DNA from: a virus
Length of the DNA: 64,000 bases
Virus record (IMG/VR): IMGVR_UViG_3300047319_000798
Location: 1-64,000 of that record
Direction: 5' to 3' (one strand)
The notes beneath the pieces were generated by a model. The model was not told where the DNA came from. It did no database searches and saw only the letters and a list, made by a program, of their open reading frames with translations. How positions within the stretch are numbered: the first letter of the stretch is position 1; the number at the start of each line of letters is the position of its first letter. Both the position numbers and the translations under genes were made by a program. Of the stretch, positions 56,485-64,000 are shown piece after piece.

Positions 56485-57034
56485 CCACCAGTTCGAGCAC
56501 CCGCTGAAAGGCTGATTCTCTATCTAGCCGTTCGACCGGCACCCCGATAGCCTTCAATTTCTTGGTATTGGAGCTGATCGAAACAACCTTGTCAGCCACC
56601 AGTCCCGGCTTGAGCGGCTTGTAGTTGCGCATGGATACTACGCGCCGCTCGTTGATATCGGCCTCACACTGCTCGATTGGCGTGGTTAGCTCGATTATAT
56701 GTAAACCAGACGTGGCCCGGTGGAGGCGCGCTAGCCGGTCGATACCATACATGGAGATGATCACGCCCTCGAAGATCACGTGGTTCTGATGGCGGTCAAG
56801 CTCGGCTATCGTGGACATGACCCAGTCCGCGATACCCTTGGCGCTGAAATTGTCGCAACCGCCAGTCGGCGTCTCGTACGGACCCACCACCGCTATGTTG
56901 CTCTTGGTGCTCTGGTAGCCGATGGGCTTCTTCTTGTCGCCCAGGATACCAAGCCACGGCCCGCGCGCCTCCATGACCCGGCGTACCAGGGTGGACTTGC
57001 CCGCGCCGTTAGTTCCCCGGATATTGATGAGCAT
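56465..57034 (-). CDS. P-loop kinase (5-hmdU kinase-like)
   Basis: IRGTNGAGKST, GPYE..TGGCD, VIFEG. Confidence 0.82.
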   Translation of the reverse strand: MLINIRGTNGAGKSTLVRRVMEARGPWLGILGDKKKPIGYQSTKSNIAVVGPYETPTGGCDNFSAKGIADWVMSTIAELDRHQNHVIFEGVIISMYGIDRLARLHRATSGLHIIELTTPIEQCEADINERRVVSMRNYKPLKPGLVADKVVSISSNTKKLKAIGVPVERLDRESAFQRVLELVDVSYGD

Positions 57035-57230
57035 ATATCCACTCCTGGACCGCGTGCGCGGCGGCAAGATACTCTGCGCTGGGCGTCTTGGTGATCTCTT
57101 GCCCGGGCTGATATGTTGCCCAGATGCGTTTGCGTAGGTGGGCGGGCAAGCGGAACCAGTGTTCGCGGCACCCCCACAGCTTGGGTGGCACCGCCTTGGG
57201 GCAACCGGGCCAGTGACAATGGTGGGTCAT
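57009..57230 (-). CDS. small zinc-finger protein
   Basis: HCHWPGC...CREHWFRLP. Confidence 0.7.
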   Translation of the reverse strand: MTHHCHWPGCPKAVPPKLWGCREHWFRLPAHLRKRIWATYQPGQEITKTPSAEYLAAAHAVQEWIYAHQYPGN

Positions 57231-57547
57231 CGGTGCCCCTTAATGTCCATGGCGTGCTTAACGATCAGCGAGGCAAACGCTAGCGCCTCTTCCGGCGGCA
57301 AGGCGAACCAGGCAGTGGGCTTGAAGAAATCCACACGCACCGTTTTGCGATACGTGGTGATGGCGATGTTGAGACCGCCTTCATCCGTGGCATCTAGCTT
57401 ACCCTTGGGAAAGTCGCCAGTGGGGCCGAGTTTGTGCTCACTCATCATTGCCATCCGCAGAAAGTGGTTTGTTGCGCCGATGTTGTATTGGGTGGCTAGC
57501 CGCTCTAGGTGCGGTAGCATGCTGGTGATAAATTCCTCGTCAGTCAC
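57227..57547 (-). CDS. hypothetical protein
   Basis: Coupled ORF; TGDFP.GKL..DEG...DF..P..W. Confidence 0.65.
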   Translation of the reverse strand: MTDEEFITSMLPHLERLATQYNIGATNHFLRMAMMSEHKLGPTGDFPKGKLDATDEGGLNIAITTYRKTVRVDFFKPTAWFALPPEEALAFASLIVKHAMDIKGHR

Positions 57548-57894
57548 ACGCTTATCCTCAACGTCCCTGCTGGGCCGTTATTGTCTGATTCGGCGTTGAT
57601 CAGATAACGCATGGGGGCGACCGGCCAAGGTGCCCGATCAGTAACTGGCCAGGATATCGGCCCTATGTCTGGCAAGCAGAACCGACCACCGGTGCCGCTG
57701 CCATAGGTGTAGCCTATCGCGGCAAACAGTTCCGGGTAATCCTTGACCCGAACCAGTGCGCCGTTGCAAATCAAGTGTTGGGGGCGGATTATCGGCGGCC
57801 ACGGAGCGCGCGGCATTAGCATGAGCGAGGGCAGCCGCACGATAGCGGGCGCAGCGATTAGACCGGCGAAGAAAGAACGTCTGTCGAGGGTCAT
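57544..57894 (-). CDS. Tat-like leader fused to tail-collar domain
   Basis: DRRSFF leader; LICNGA.V....YPELFAAIG.TYG....FCLPD. Confidence 0.65.
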   Translation of the reverse strand: MTLDRRSFFAGLIAAPAIVRLPSLMLMPRAPWPPIIRPQHLICNGALVRVKDYPELFAAIGYTYGSGTGGRFCLPDIGPISWPVTDRAPWPVAPMRYLINAESDNNGPAGTLRISV

Positions 57895-58442
57895 AGGAAC
57901 CACGTGATCATCGAATAGCGTATGCCGGTGTTGACCGGTAGGATTTGATGGGGATACATGAACTGGGGCGGGAACATGAGCGCGCAGCCGCCGCGCAGCC
58001 GGAACGGTTCGTCATCCCAGAACTTGAATTCACCACCAGTGTATTCGTTGTTGAGAGCTATCGACATTGACAGCACCCGGGGCACCATATCGTCGCGGTG
58101 CTGGCCGATGAACTGGCCCGGTTCGTAGCGCAGAATATCGAAGCCGGAATCAGAGCGTGAGGTCAGCGGGAACTTGCCCCTGTAGATGTTGAGAGCACGC
58201 AGGGAGGCGTCGAGCAGGATATCGTCGGCCCGCTTGGCTATCCCGAGCTTAGCGGGCGTCAGAGGGTAGTTGCCCATTACTGCCGCTGAGAGAGGGAACG
58301 TGGTGCAGGTGCGCTCGGGGTAATCCGGCGACGCATTGGGCACGCGCCACTGCTCGCCCTCTGTGACGCTTAAAATTTCCTTACACGTCAGTGGGTCCAG
58401 AAGGGGCTCAGTGACCATGATGAATTCTTTGAGGTCCGCCAT
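57891..58442 (-). CDS. 2OG-Fe(II) oxygenase (prolyl-hydroxylase-like)
   Basis: GGAG SD; RY..G....HRD, LNNEYTGGEF, FP....PH...V..G.RYS...W. Confidence 0.85.
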   Translation of the reverse strand: MADLKEFIMVTEPLLDPLTCKEILSVTEGEQWRVPNASPDYPERTCTTFPLSAAVMGNYPLTPAKLGIAKRADDILLDASLRALNIYRGKFPLTSRSDSGFDILRYEPGQFIGQHRDDMVPRVLSMSIALNNEYTGGEFKFWDDEPFRLRGGCALMFPPQFMYPHQILPVNTGIRYSMITWFL

Positions 58443-58519
58443 CGCTGGTCTCCTATAGCAACACCCACAGCACTTTCTATCCGATTTGCAACACGGGAAG
58501 CGACAGGTGGCGAACGGAT

Positions 58520-58771
58520 TCACCGCTTGTTCCAATACGCTGCCAGGTCAGCAAGCTGGACTGGGGTGGGCCGCGCGATGGTGGTCTTGTCGCCCGCCCG
58601 CTCACTCTTGCGAATTTCTTCGCCAGCGCATTGCCAACACCAGATAGCGTCAGCGTGAGGGGAGCTAACCGCCACCCACACGTCCGCGCCGCATAGGTCG
58701 CAGAACCCGGGTTGCGACTGGACTGGCGGGCTGAGCACATCCTCGCAACGTAGACAGACTAGGGGGTTCAT
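58520..58771 (-). CDS. small Cys-rich protein
   Basis: Three CxxC pairs. Confidence 0.6.
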   Translation of the reverse strand: MNPLVCLRCEDVLSPPVQSQPGFCDLCGADVWVAVSSPHADAIWCWQCAGEEIRKSERAGDKTTIARPTPVQLADLAAYWNKR

Positions 58772-58773
58772 GG

Positions 58774-59433
58774 TTATGCCGCCGGTAGAAGCAACAGCGC
58801 TTCGTTGTGCATATGCGCCAGAGCGCGAAGGCCCTCAATCCCGTCCCTCTTGGCCTCAGCCACCAGTATCGGAAGGCCGGAATCAATGGACTGCTCGATT
58901 TCACCCCGCGTGGCTACCCGGCCCTCAGCGTACCAGTCCACCCGGATAGGCTTACCCAGCCGGAATAACACGCCCTGGCCCGCTTGGAAAGGCTTGGCCT
59001 TGGCGCACTGATAGAGCGCCACCGCGCCGGGGTTGCGCGGGATCATGATGCCCGCCACCACCGGATCATCGGGCATGTTCTTGGCGTTGCGCTTCTCACG
59101 CGGGTTGGTGAGGAACGGACACGCCTTGGCGGCAAACTCGGCACACTCCCGATGGCACGGCGGTTCGGACGTGACCCGGTTGATCACGCACATCGGCCCA
59201 ATCACGTAGATGTTAGACTGGCCCTCCATAGACCCACCGCAAATCCAGCACTTACGGCGGTTATGCGCCATCCACAGCTTACCCGGGCCGATGATGCGAA
59301 AGTCAGGCTCGCCTGTACCGGCGGGCACGGCTCTGCCGTCCTGCATCCAACAGATGAACCACGGCACCGGATAGCCCCGGCCATCACGGGGCAGCCGGGC
59401 AATGCGCTCGGGCATTGGGGGCAGGGCGATCAT
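58774..59433 (-). CDS. Cys/His-rich phage hypothetical protein
   Basis: RGYPVPWF, CWICG, GPMC, EPPCHRECA..A..ACPFL. Confidence 0.7.
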   Translation of the reverse strand: MIALPPMPERIARLPRDGRGYPVPWFICWMQDGRAVPAGTGEPDFRIIGPGKLWMAHNRRKCWICGGSMEGQSNIYVIGPMCVINRVTSEPPCHRECAEFAAKACPFLTNPREKRNAKNMPDDPVVAGIMIPRNPGAVALYQCAKAKPFQAGQGVLFRLGKPIRVDWYAEGRVATRGEIEQSIDSGLPILVAEAKRDGIEGLRALAHMHNEALLLLPAA

Positions 59434-60134
59434 ATGTTGCGTCCTCTTTGACCAAGTGCGCGTTGATCCGCTAGGAACTCATTGAGTGGCTGTGTGCCTT
59501 TTTTGGAATTACAAGGGTGGCATAGGGCAACGCAATTGCTCTGTATGGTTCTGCCCCCCTCAGCCCAAGGAACCATGTGATCACCAACTGGTAACAAGAA
59601 CGCATCGAATACCCCATTACACCCAAGACACTTACCATGTTGGCCAACCGCTGACTGCGCAACTTCAGTATCATAAAACATGCGGCGGGTATCGCGCTCA
59701 ACTGTGCTTTTTACCACCACGAAGAACGATTCAACCTTAGAGTATGGAATTGGCTCGCGGTCCTGGATGTAGGTTCTAACCATCCTCCATACGCGGTCAC
59801 GCTCCGGGCTTCTATCCCCGTTCTTCTTGAACTCATCTTTGTTAGATGTGCTTAACAGCTCCAGCATATCTTTATCACGTCCGATGGGATGGGTTAATCC
59901 ACCCTGTCGACCTTTCCCGCCGCCATCCGCCTCCAAGCCTTTGATATATTGGTCAAGGTACGGATCAATCCAAGGCATTAGGGAATGGGCAAGGTCAATG
60001 GCGGTTGCCCCCGTCAATTCAACAGGGCTATCCATCCACTTTGCTGTTCTCATCACATACATGAATAACTTGACTTCTGGGGGTCGTGGCCGGTTACGGC
60101 TTGGTGTGTATCGAGTTGCTCCGCCTCCGCCCAT
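59430..60134 (-). CDS. HNH endonuclease
   Basis: CLGC...DHMVPWAEGGRT..SNCVALCHPCNSKKG. Confidence 0.82.
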   Translation of the reverse strand: MGGGGATRYTPSRNRPRPPEVKLFMYVMRTAKWMDSPVELTGATAIDLAHSLMPWIDPYLDQYIKGLEADGGGKGRQGGLTHPIGRDKDMLELLSTSNKDEFKKNGDRSPERDRVWRMVRTYIQDREPIPYSKVESFFVVVKSTVERDTRRMFYDTEVAQSAVGQHGKCLGCNGVFDAFLLPVGDHMVPWAEGGRTIQSNCVALCHPCNSKKGTQPLNEFLADQRALGQRGRNI

Positions 60135-60913
60135 CACGCTGCCTCCCTGAATGCCGGAGCGTGGCGCAGGAGTGCCTCGGCGGTATCGCCCCACCCCGAT
60201 AGGTGATGGCGGATTTCATTGGTGTCCTTGCCCACCGGATAGTGCCCGTTCATGTGACTCTTCCACTTACAGAGTACCGTCTCCGCCTCCTGGACCCCGC
60301 ACTGGCGTCGCCCCGCCGCTGGCTCCAGATACTGACCCACGCGCCGGATTAGATCGCCATAGGCCCCGGTGCCCCGGTCGGGGTCCGGTCCCGCTAGCAT
60401 GGTTAGCGCCGCCGCCGGTTCCTTGTACAGCAGGGGAATGCTGGGGGCAAACTCTATCGGCTGGCCCGCGCAAACCTCAAGCATATCCGCCACCTTGAAG
60501 CCTATCCAGGGGCCAAACAGCGGCCACCGGCTGGTCACGTGCTTGATGATCTCGTCGGCGGTCTCAAACGGGTACAATGAGTTGACCCAAGTCTCCGCTG
60601 GGCGGGTGGCGAACATCTCCATCGCATAAACGCACTTGTCGCCCCGGAAATGACGCCGCTCTGTGCCCCGGGGCCAGCGGGTTCCAAGTGGCGATAAACT
60701 ATCGTTTCTTGCCGCTTTTAACATCTGATCCCAATACCGCCCATCGGTGAACTCGGACATGTACGAGGCCGCACCCATATGGTAAAAACACCAGTAGGCG
60801 AATAGCCACCGCCTGAACTGGTCATGGGTCAGGTTTACGCGACAGAGCGCAACATACACCGGGTCAAGATCACCAGTAGTGATCAGGGCGTCGGCGAAAT
60901 CTTCGATAAGCAT
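60134..60913 (-). CDS. amino acid:DNA transferase (aGPT-Pplase2/ADDT, HhH glycosylase-like)
   Basis: GDLDPVY, YWCFYH, RGTERRHFRG, FGPWIGFKVADMLE, ETVLCKWKS..GHY..GKD. Confidence 0.85.
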   Translation of the reverse strand: MLIEDFADALITTGDLDPVYVALCRVNLTHDQFRRWLFAYWCFYHMGAASYMSEFTDGRYWDQMLKAARNDSLSPLGTRWPRGTERRHFRGDKCVYAMEMFATRPAETWVNSLYPFETADEIIKHVTSRWPLFGPWIGFKVADMLEVCAGQPIEFAPSIPLLYKEPAAALTMLAGPDPDRGTGAYGDLIRRVGQYLEPAAGRRQCGVQEAETVLCKWKSHMNGHYPVGKDTNEIRHHLSGWGDTAEALLRHAPAFREAA

Positions 60914-61446
60914 TCCAGTATAACCTCTGCGGCGTTGTCCCGATTGACAACGATCTTGCGCACCCCTAGTGCCTGTAACTTACCTACGTAATTACGGGCA
61001 CGTACATTGGTGCCGTAAATGTTGGATATCGCTAGCTGGTCGCGGGTCTTGCCCGACCGGGCCAGTATCGCGCTGATACAAGTCTCTACTGGTGTATCGA
61101 GCAAAACTAATGTAACGTTCTGATAGCCTAGCGCGCGGAAAAAGTCAATTCCCCGCGTATGACTCATCATACGGATACCTTCAAACAACACGTTGTACCC
61201 GGCCTGGTGCGCGCAGCGCACTGTCTCCAGGTTGTAATCCCTATCCTTGATCGCGTCGCAACCTCTGGCGGTGATCGCGTGATACTTGCCCACGACCACG
61301 AGTGGACCGCCAAGGGTCATCTCGTAGCCGCGCACCTTCTTCGTGGCGTCATCCAGTATCGCCTCCACGTCCGGAGCGGCGGCCATCACCTTGTCGATGA
61401 TGGTCGATTTACCGGACCCGTTGGTGCCGCACACCTGTATGATCAC
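60883..61446 (-). CDS. second P-loop kinase (5-hmdU DNA kinase-like)
   Basis: GTNGSGKST, GKY....GCD, VLFEG; paralogue of 56465-57034. Confidence 0.82.
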   Translation of the reverse strand: MIIQVCGTNGSGKSTIIDKVMAAAPDVEAILDDATKKVRGYEMTLGGPLVVVGKYHAITARGCDAIKDRDYNLETVRCAHQAGYNVLFEGIRMMSHTRGIDFFRALGYQNVTLVLLDTPVETCISAILARSGKTRDQLAISNIYGTNVRARNYVGKLQALGVRKIVVNRDNAAEVILECLSKISPTP

Positions 61447-62780
61447 GCTGCCACCTCCTGACGCATATCCTTGAGATCGAAGGCCTTGCCGCTAGCTAAC
61501 AGGTCTGAGCCACAGGGAGCCTTGCCTGTGGTCTCCGCGCACCGGAGGCAGCCGGAGGGTGGACAGACTTCTAGCGGGGCGAACCCGCCGCCCCTCTTAA
61601 CGTATGTCGGCACACGATGGCCGTGGCATTGGTCTGCGGTTAGGAACTCCGGCCCCATTGAAGTCCACGCCCCGGTCTTGATGGTATATTCGTAGCACAG
61701 GGAGTAGGTCATACCGTGCCGCGTGGCAGCGGCCTGATATCGCGTGTGGCCTTCGCGCCGATATGTCTCGGTGACAGTCCGCTGGCTCCCGGCCTGGTTC
61801 TCAGTGAACAGGTCGATAAAGCCTTGAGCGCGGTTCGCGCCAAAAGCTTTGCTGATCCTTTCCTCCATAGAGGCGCGCCAAGGGTGATTGGCCTCGACAA
61901 ACTTGACGATGACGTGGTTTGCTCCGTTGGCGGCTAACAGCCCAATTAGCTCCTCGATATCCTCATGGGTGGTGATCCCGGGCACAACCGGGTTACACTG
62001 GATGGAAACATAGATGTCGCGCATGCGCGCCTCGCGTATCTCGCTAAAGTGCTGCGCTAGCGTGATCGCCCCGGGCGATAACTTTGCCCAGTCATCCTCA
62101 TGCGGCGTGTTGATCGATTTCTGCATGTAGGAATGGGGGTTCTGGCTCATAAGATCGTAGGCCCAGCCGGGATAGCTCAGGCGGGAAAGGAAGAAGATGG
62201 GGAGGCCCGCGTTAACGAAAGCCTCCGCGCCGCGCTGGGTATTATGGTAATAATCCTCCAGCGACAGGAAGGGGTCTGTAAAGCTGGAGAAATACCCGGC
62301 CTGGGCGTGCTTCATGGTGCCCAGTTGCTTAGCCACCATATCGCCATATCCAATCGGCACAGTGGCCAGTCCGGACCCACGATAGCCGCGATGGCCGGAA
62401 TTGATGTAACAGAACCGACACCCAACAGCGCAATAGCCGCCATAAGGCTGAGTAAGGACAGCGTTCGTTTCACAGGGGCGCTCCCGCTTGCCCTTGATCG
62501 CGCCGTCTCCCTTATTGGAGTACCAGCCGCGAAGGTCTTGGCCCTTGTCGAGCCGAATGTGGGGGATTGGATCCAGATAGATGGTTTGCTCCACCATCTT
62601 ATCGGAGCCGCGCATCATCGATATCTTGCCGTCGCGCGCCCGAATAGAGCGGCCTGTGACCGGGTCATCAATGTGGTTGATGGGACCCAGGATGTCACGC
62701 ATATCGGGGTCCACGCGCATGAAGTAGCGATAAGCCTCTTCCGCCGCTTCGTCCTGAAACATGCCATCCTGGGTTTCCAT
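61443..62780 (-). CDS. radical SAM enzyme
   Basis: CAVGCRFCY (CX3CX2C), SSFTDPF, Cys-rich C-terminus (CHG...CPPSGCLRC...C). Confidence 0.87.
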   Translation of the reverse strand: METQDGMFQDEAAEEAYRYFMRVDPDMRDILGPINHIDDPVTGRSIRARDGKISMMRGSDKMVEQTIYLDPIPHIRLDKGQDLRGWYSNKGDGAIKGKRERPCETNAVLTQPYGGYCAVGCRFCYINSGHRGYRGSGLATVPIGYGDMVAKQLGTMKHAQAGYFSSFTDPFLSLEDYYHNTQRGAEAFVNAGLPIFFLSRLSYPGWAYDLMSQNPHSYMQKSINTPHEDDWAKLSPGAITLAQHFSEIREARMRDIYVSIQCNPVVPGITTHEDIEELIGLLAANGANHVIVKFVEANHPWRASMEERISKAFGANRAQGFIDLFTENQAGSQRTVTETYRREGHTRYQAAATRHGMTYSLCYEYTIKTGAWTSMGPEFLTADQCHGHRVPTYVKRGGGFAPLEVCPPSGCLRCAETTGKAPCGSDLLASGKAFDLKDMRQEVAA

Positions 62781-62794
62781 GTGCGTTCCTCTGG

Positions 62795-63082
62795 TTACGG
62801 CTTCACGAGGGTGTCGATCATGTCTTGCGGGAACCCCTCGTTCTTGTAATATTCGCGAACCTCATCCTTTGTCCAAAGGTCATTGACCCATGGCAGGTTC
62901 ATGTCCTGCATCATGTTATTGAACGCGCGAGCGTAAGGCAAGCCGACAGTGTTGCCCAGCCCGCGCCACATGGTATCGCTAGCGCGCCAGCCCACCCGGG
63001 CCTTCTCTTCCGGGGTCTTGGCGTTCGCCGCCACGCAGAGGATATCGAACAACGCTTCCGGTGTCACGTAATTATCAGCCAT
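62795..63082 (-). CDS. hypothetical protein, first gene of replication/modification operon
   Basis: Directly after promoter-hairpin at 63106-63162. Confidence 0.65.
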   Translation of the reverse strand: MADNYVTPEALFDILCVAANAKTPEEKARVGWRASDTMWRGLGNTVGLPYARAFNNMMQDMNLPWVNDLWTKDEVREYYKNEGFPQDMIDTLVKP

Positions 63083-63105
63083 TGTGTAACTATTCCCTTA
63101 CTACT

Positions 63106-63162
63106 GGTGAACCAATTATCACCTAAGATCGTCAGCATATCTGCGGGTTTCATTTAAGTCAA
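63106..63162 (-). promoter_or_regulatory. sigma70-type promoter plus AATTGG-loop hairpin
   Basis: TTGACT(63162)-N17-TATGCT; GGTGA-T-AATTGG-T-TCACC, loop core 63112-63117. Confidence 0.78.
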
Positions 63163-63184
63163 GCGATATTTTTATGTAACCCCC

Positions 63185-63213
63185 TTGACCTTGCTGGATG
63201 CGCCCGCTATGTT
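63185..63213 (+). promoter_or_regulatory. divergent sigma70-type promoter (no AATYGG hairpin)
   Basis: TTGACC(63185)-N17-TATGTT(63208). Confidence 0.7.
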
Positions 63214-63239
63214 ATATTCCTTGACAAAGGAGCAATACT

Positions 63240-63917
63240 ATGACTGTACCAATCATAACTGTGAATGGAGAAGTTCCAGACCGCCATGCTGCGCGTATTG
63301 TAGTGCAGATGACGCGATGGCTCGACAATGAATCGGCTAAGATGGGTGAGCGGGTCCAGGCGCACCGCCGTATGTTTGAGTGTGGGTCACCCGTGGCCCA
63401 GGGGCGGTTCGCGCGGCGGATGAAGGATTCCTTTGGGCACATGGTGCTCGACCAGTGGCTAAAGACGGGGAAGCGCGGGCGGTATCGTCTGGACACCCAC
63501 ATCTGGATACCCGCCCCGATATCGCTAGGGCGACATTGTGTTGGCGGTATCCTGCTCACTATCGAAAGCGAGGGTGGTTGTCGGCGGGAGCTAGTCGATG
63601 GAACCTGGCACCGCCGCCAGAACCGGGACCACCGTGAGACCCCGACGTTCATGGTCTCAGCCCACGCCCTGCAGCGCATCGCCCAGCGCACCGGGGTTAA
63701 GACCCCAATGGACTTGCTGCGCATCATGCGGGCTATGGGTAAGGCTGTACTGGACGCCGAGCTCATGCTGGTGGGCGGCAAGATGTCGGACCTTCGTGAT
63801 AGCCGCGACCGGCTGCTAGCCGGGACGTGGAAGCTGGCCTTCGATGGCGGTGTCGCCGTCTGCAAGCGGGACTTTGACGAGGATGTGCCGATAGTGGTTA
63901 CAGTGTTGCCCCTGTAG
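63240..63917 (+). CDS. hypothetical protein
   Basis: AAGGAG SD; SAHALQRIAQR...VVTVL pattern. Confidence 0.7.
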   Translation: MTVPIITVNGEVPDRHAARIVVQMTRWLDNESAKMGERVQAHRRMFECGSPVAQGRFARRMKDSFGHMVLDQWLKTGKRGRYRLDTHIWIPAPISLGRHCVGGILLTIESEGGCRRELVDGTWHRRQNRDHRETPTFMVSAHALQRIAQRTGVKTPMDLLRIMRAMGKAVLDAELMLVGGKMSDLRDSRDRLLAGTWKLAFDGGVAVCKRDFDEDVPIVVTVLPL

Positions 63918-63960
63918 GGCTATCCAGGTGGGGCGCATCGCGGCAGTCCTCGCCCACTAG

Positions 63961-63988
63961 AAAAGGCCCGGGTGTGACCCCGGGCCTT
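63961..63988. terminator. hairpin terminator, T-tract on minus strand
   Basis: AAGGCCCGGG-TGTGAC-CCCGGGCCTT preceded by an A-run. Confidence 0.6.
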
Positions 63989-64000
63989 GGTATCAGAGTA

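Noticed and set aside
1-64000. Long antisense ORFs (e.g. 23426-24139, 62100-62849), tRNAs, stop-codon recoding, apparent CTAG abundance
   Set aside because: Antisense ORFs are shadows of GC-rich coding strands; no cloverleaf seen; genes are intact in code 11; a rough CTAG count in the first 2 kb was near random expectation.

Overview
The whole window is a tailed dsDNA phage (myovirus-type); no host housekeeping genes, integrase, tRNA or CRISPR array were seen. A GcrA homologue, a DUF3309-like peptide and PEPxxWA-CTERM proteins point to an alphaproteobacterial host. On the + strand (1-46016): early/regulatory genes (GcrA, DUF932-like, PD-(D/E)xK nuclease, NusG paralogue), then a ~40 kb late operon. 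That operon holds terminase, portal, MuF, an embedded lysis pair, a NUDIX-topoisomerase IB fusion and a zincin sharing an HPRDxxGKF tag, protease/scaffold/capsid, contractile tail, baseplate and a ~10 kb fibre block with collagen repeats and three tandem C1q-like genes. On the - strand (46395-63082): two PEP-CTERM proteins, small early genes, and an operon with family A DNA polymerase and a thymidine-hypermodification pathway (dUMP hydroxymethylase, two P-loop kinases, amino acid:DNA transferase, radical SAM, 2OG-Fe(II) oxygenase, no PLP decarboxylase). Top leads: (1) six sigma70-type promoters each followed at a near-fixed distance by a hairpin with an AAUYGG loop; (2) a hypermodification operon whose gene set predicts an unusual final base; (3) a tagged, probably protease-processed capsid-cargo system; (4) a NusG paralogue arranged like lambda Q/pR' with an ops-like leader; (5) phage-borne exosortase substrates. 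All family assignments are from motif recognition by eye, not database searches.
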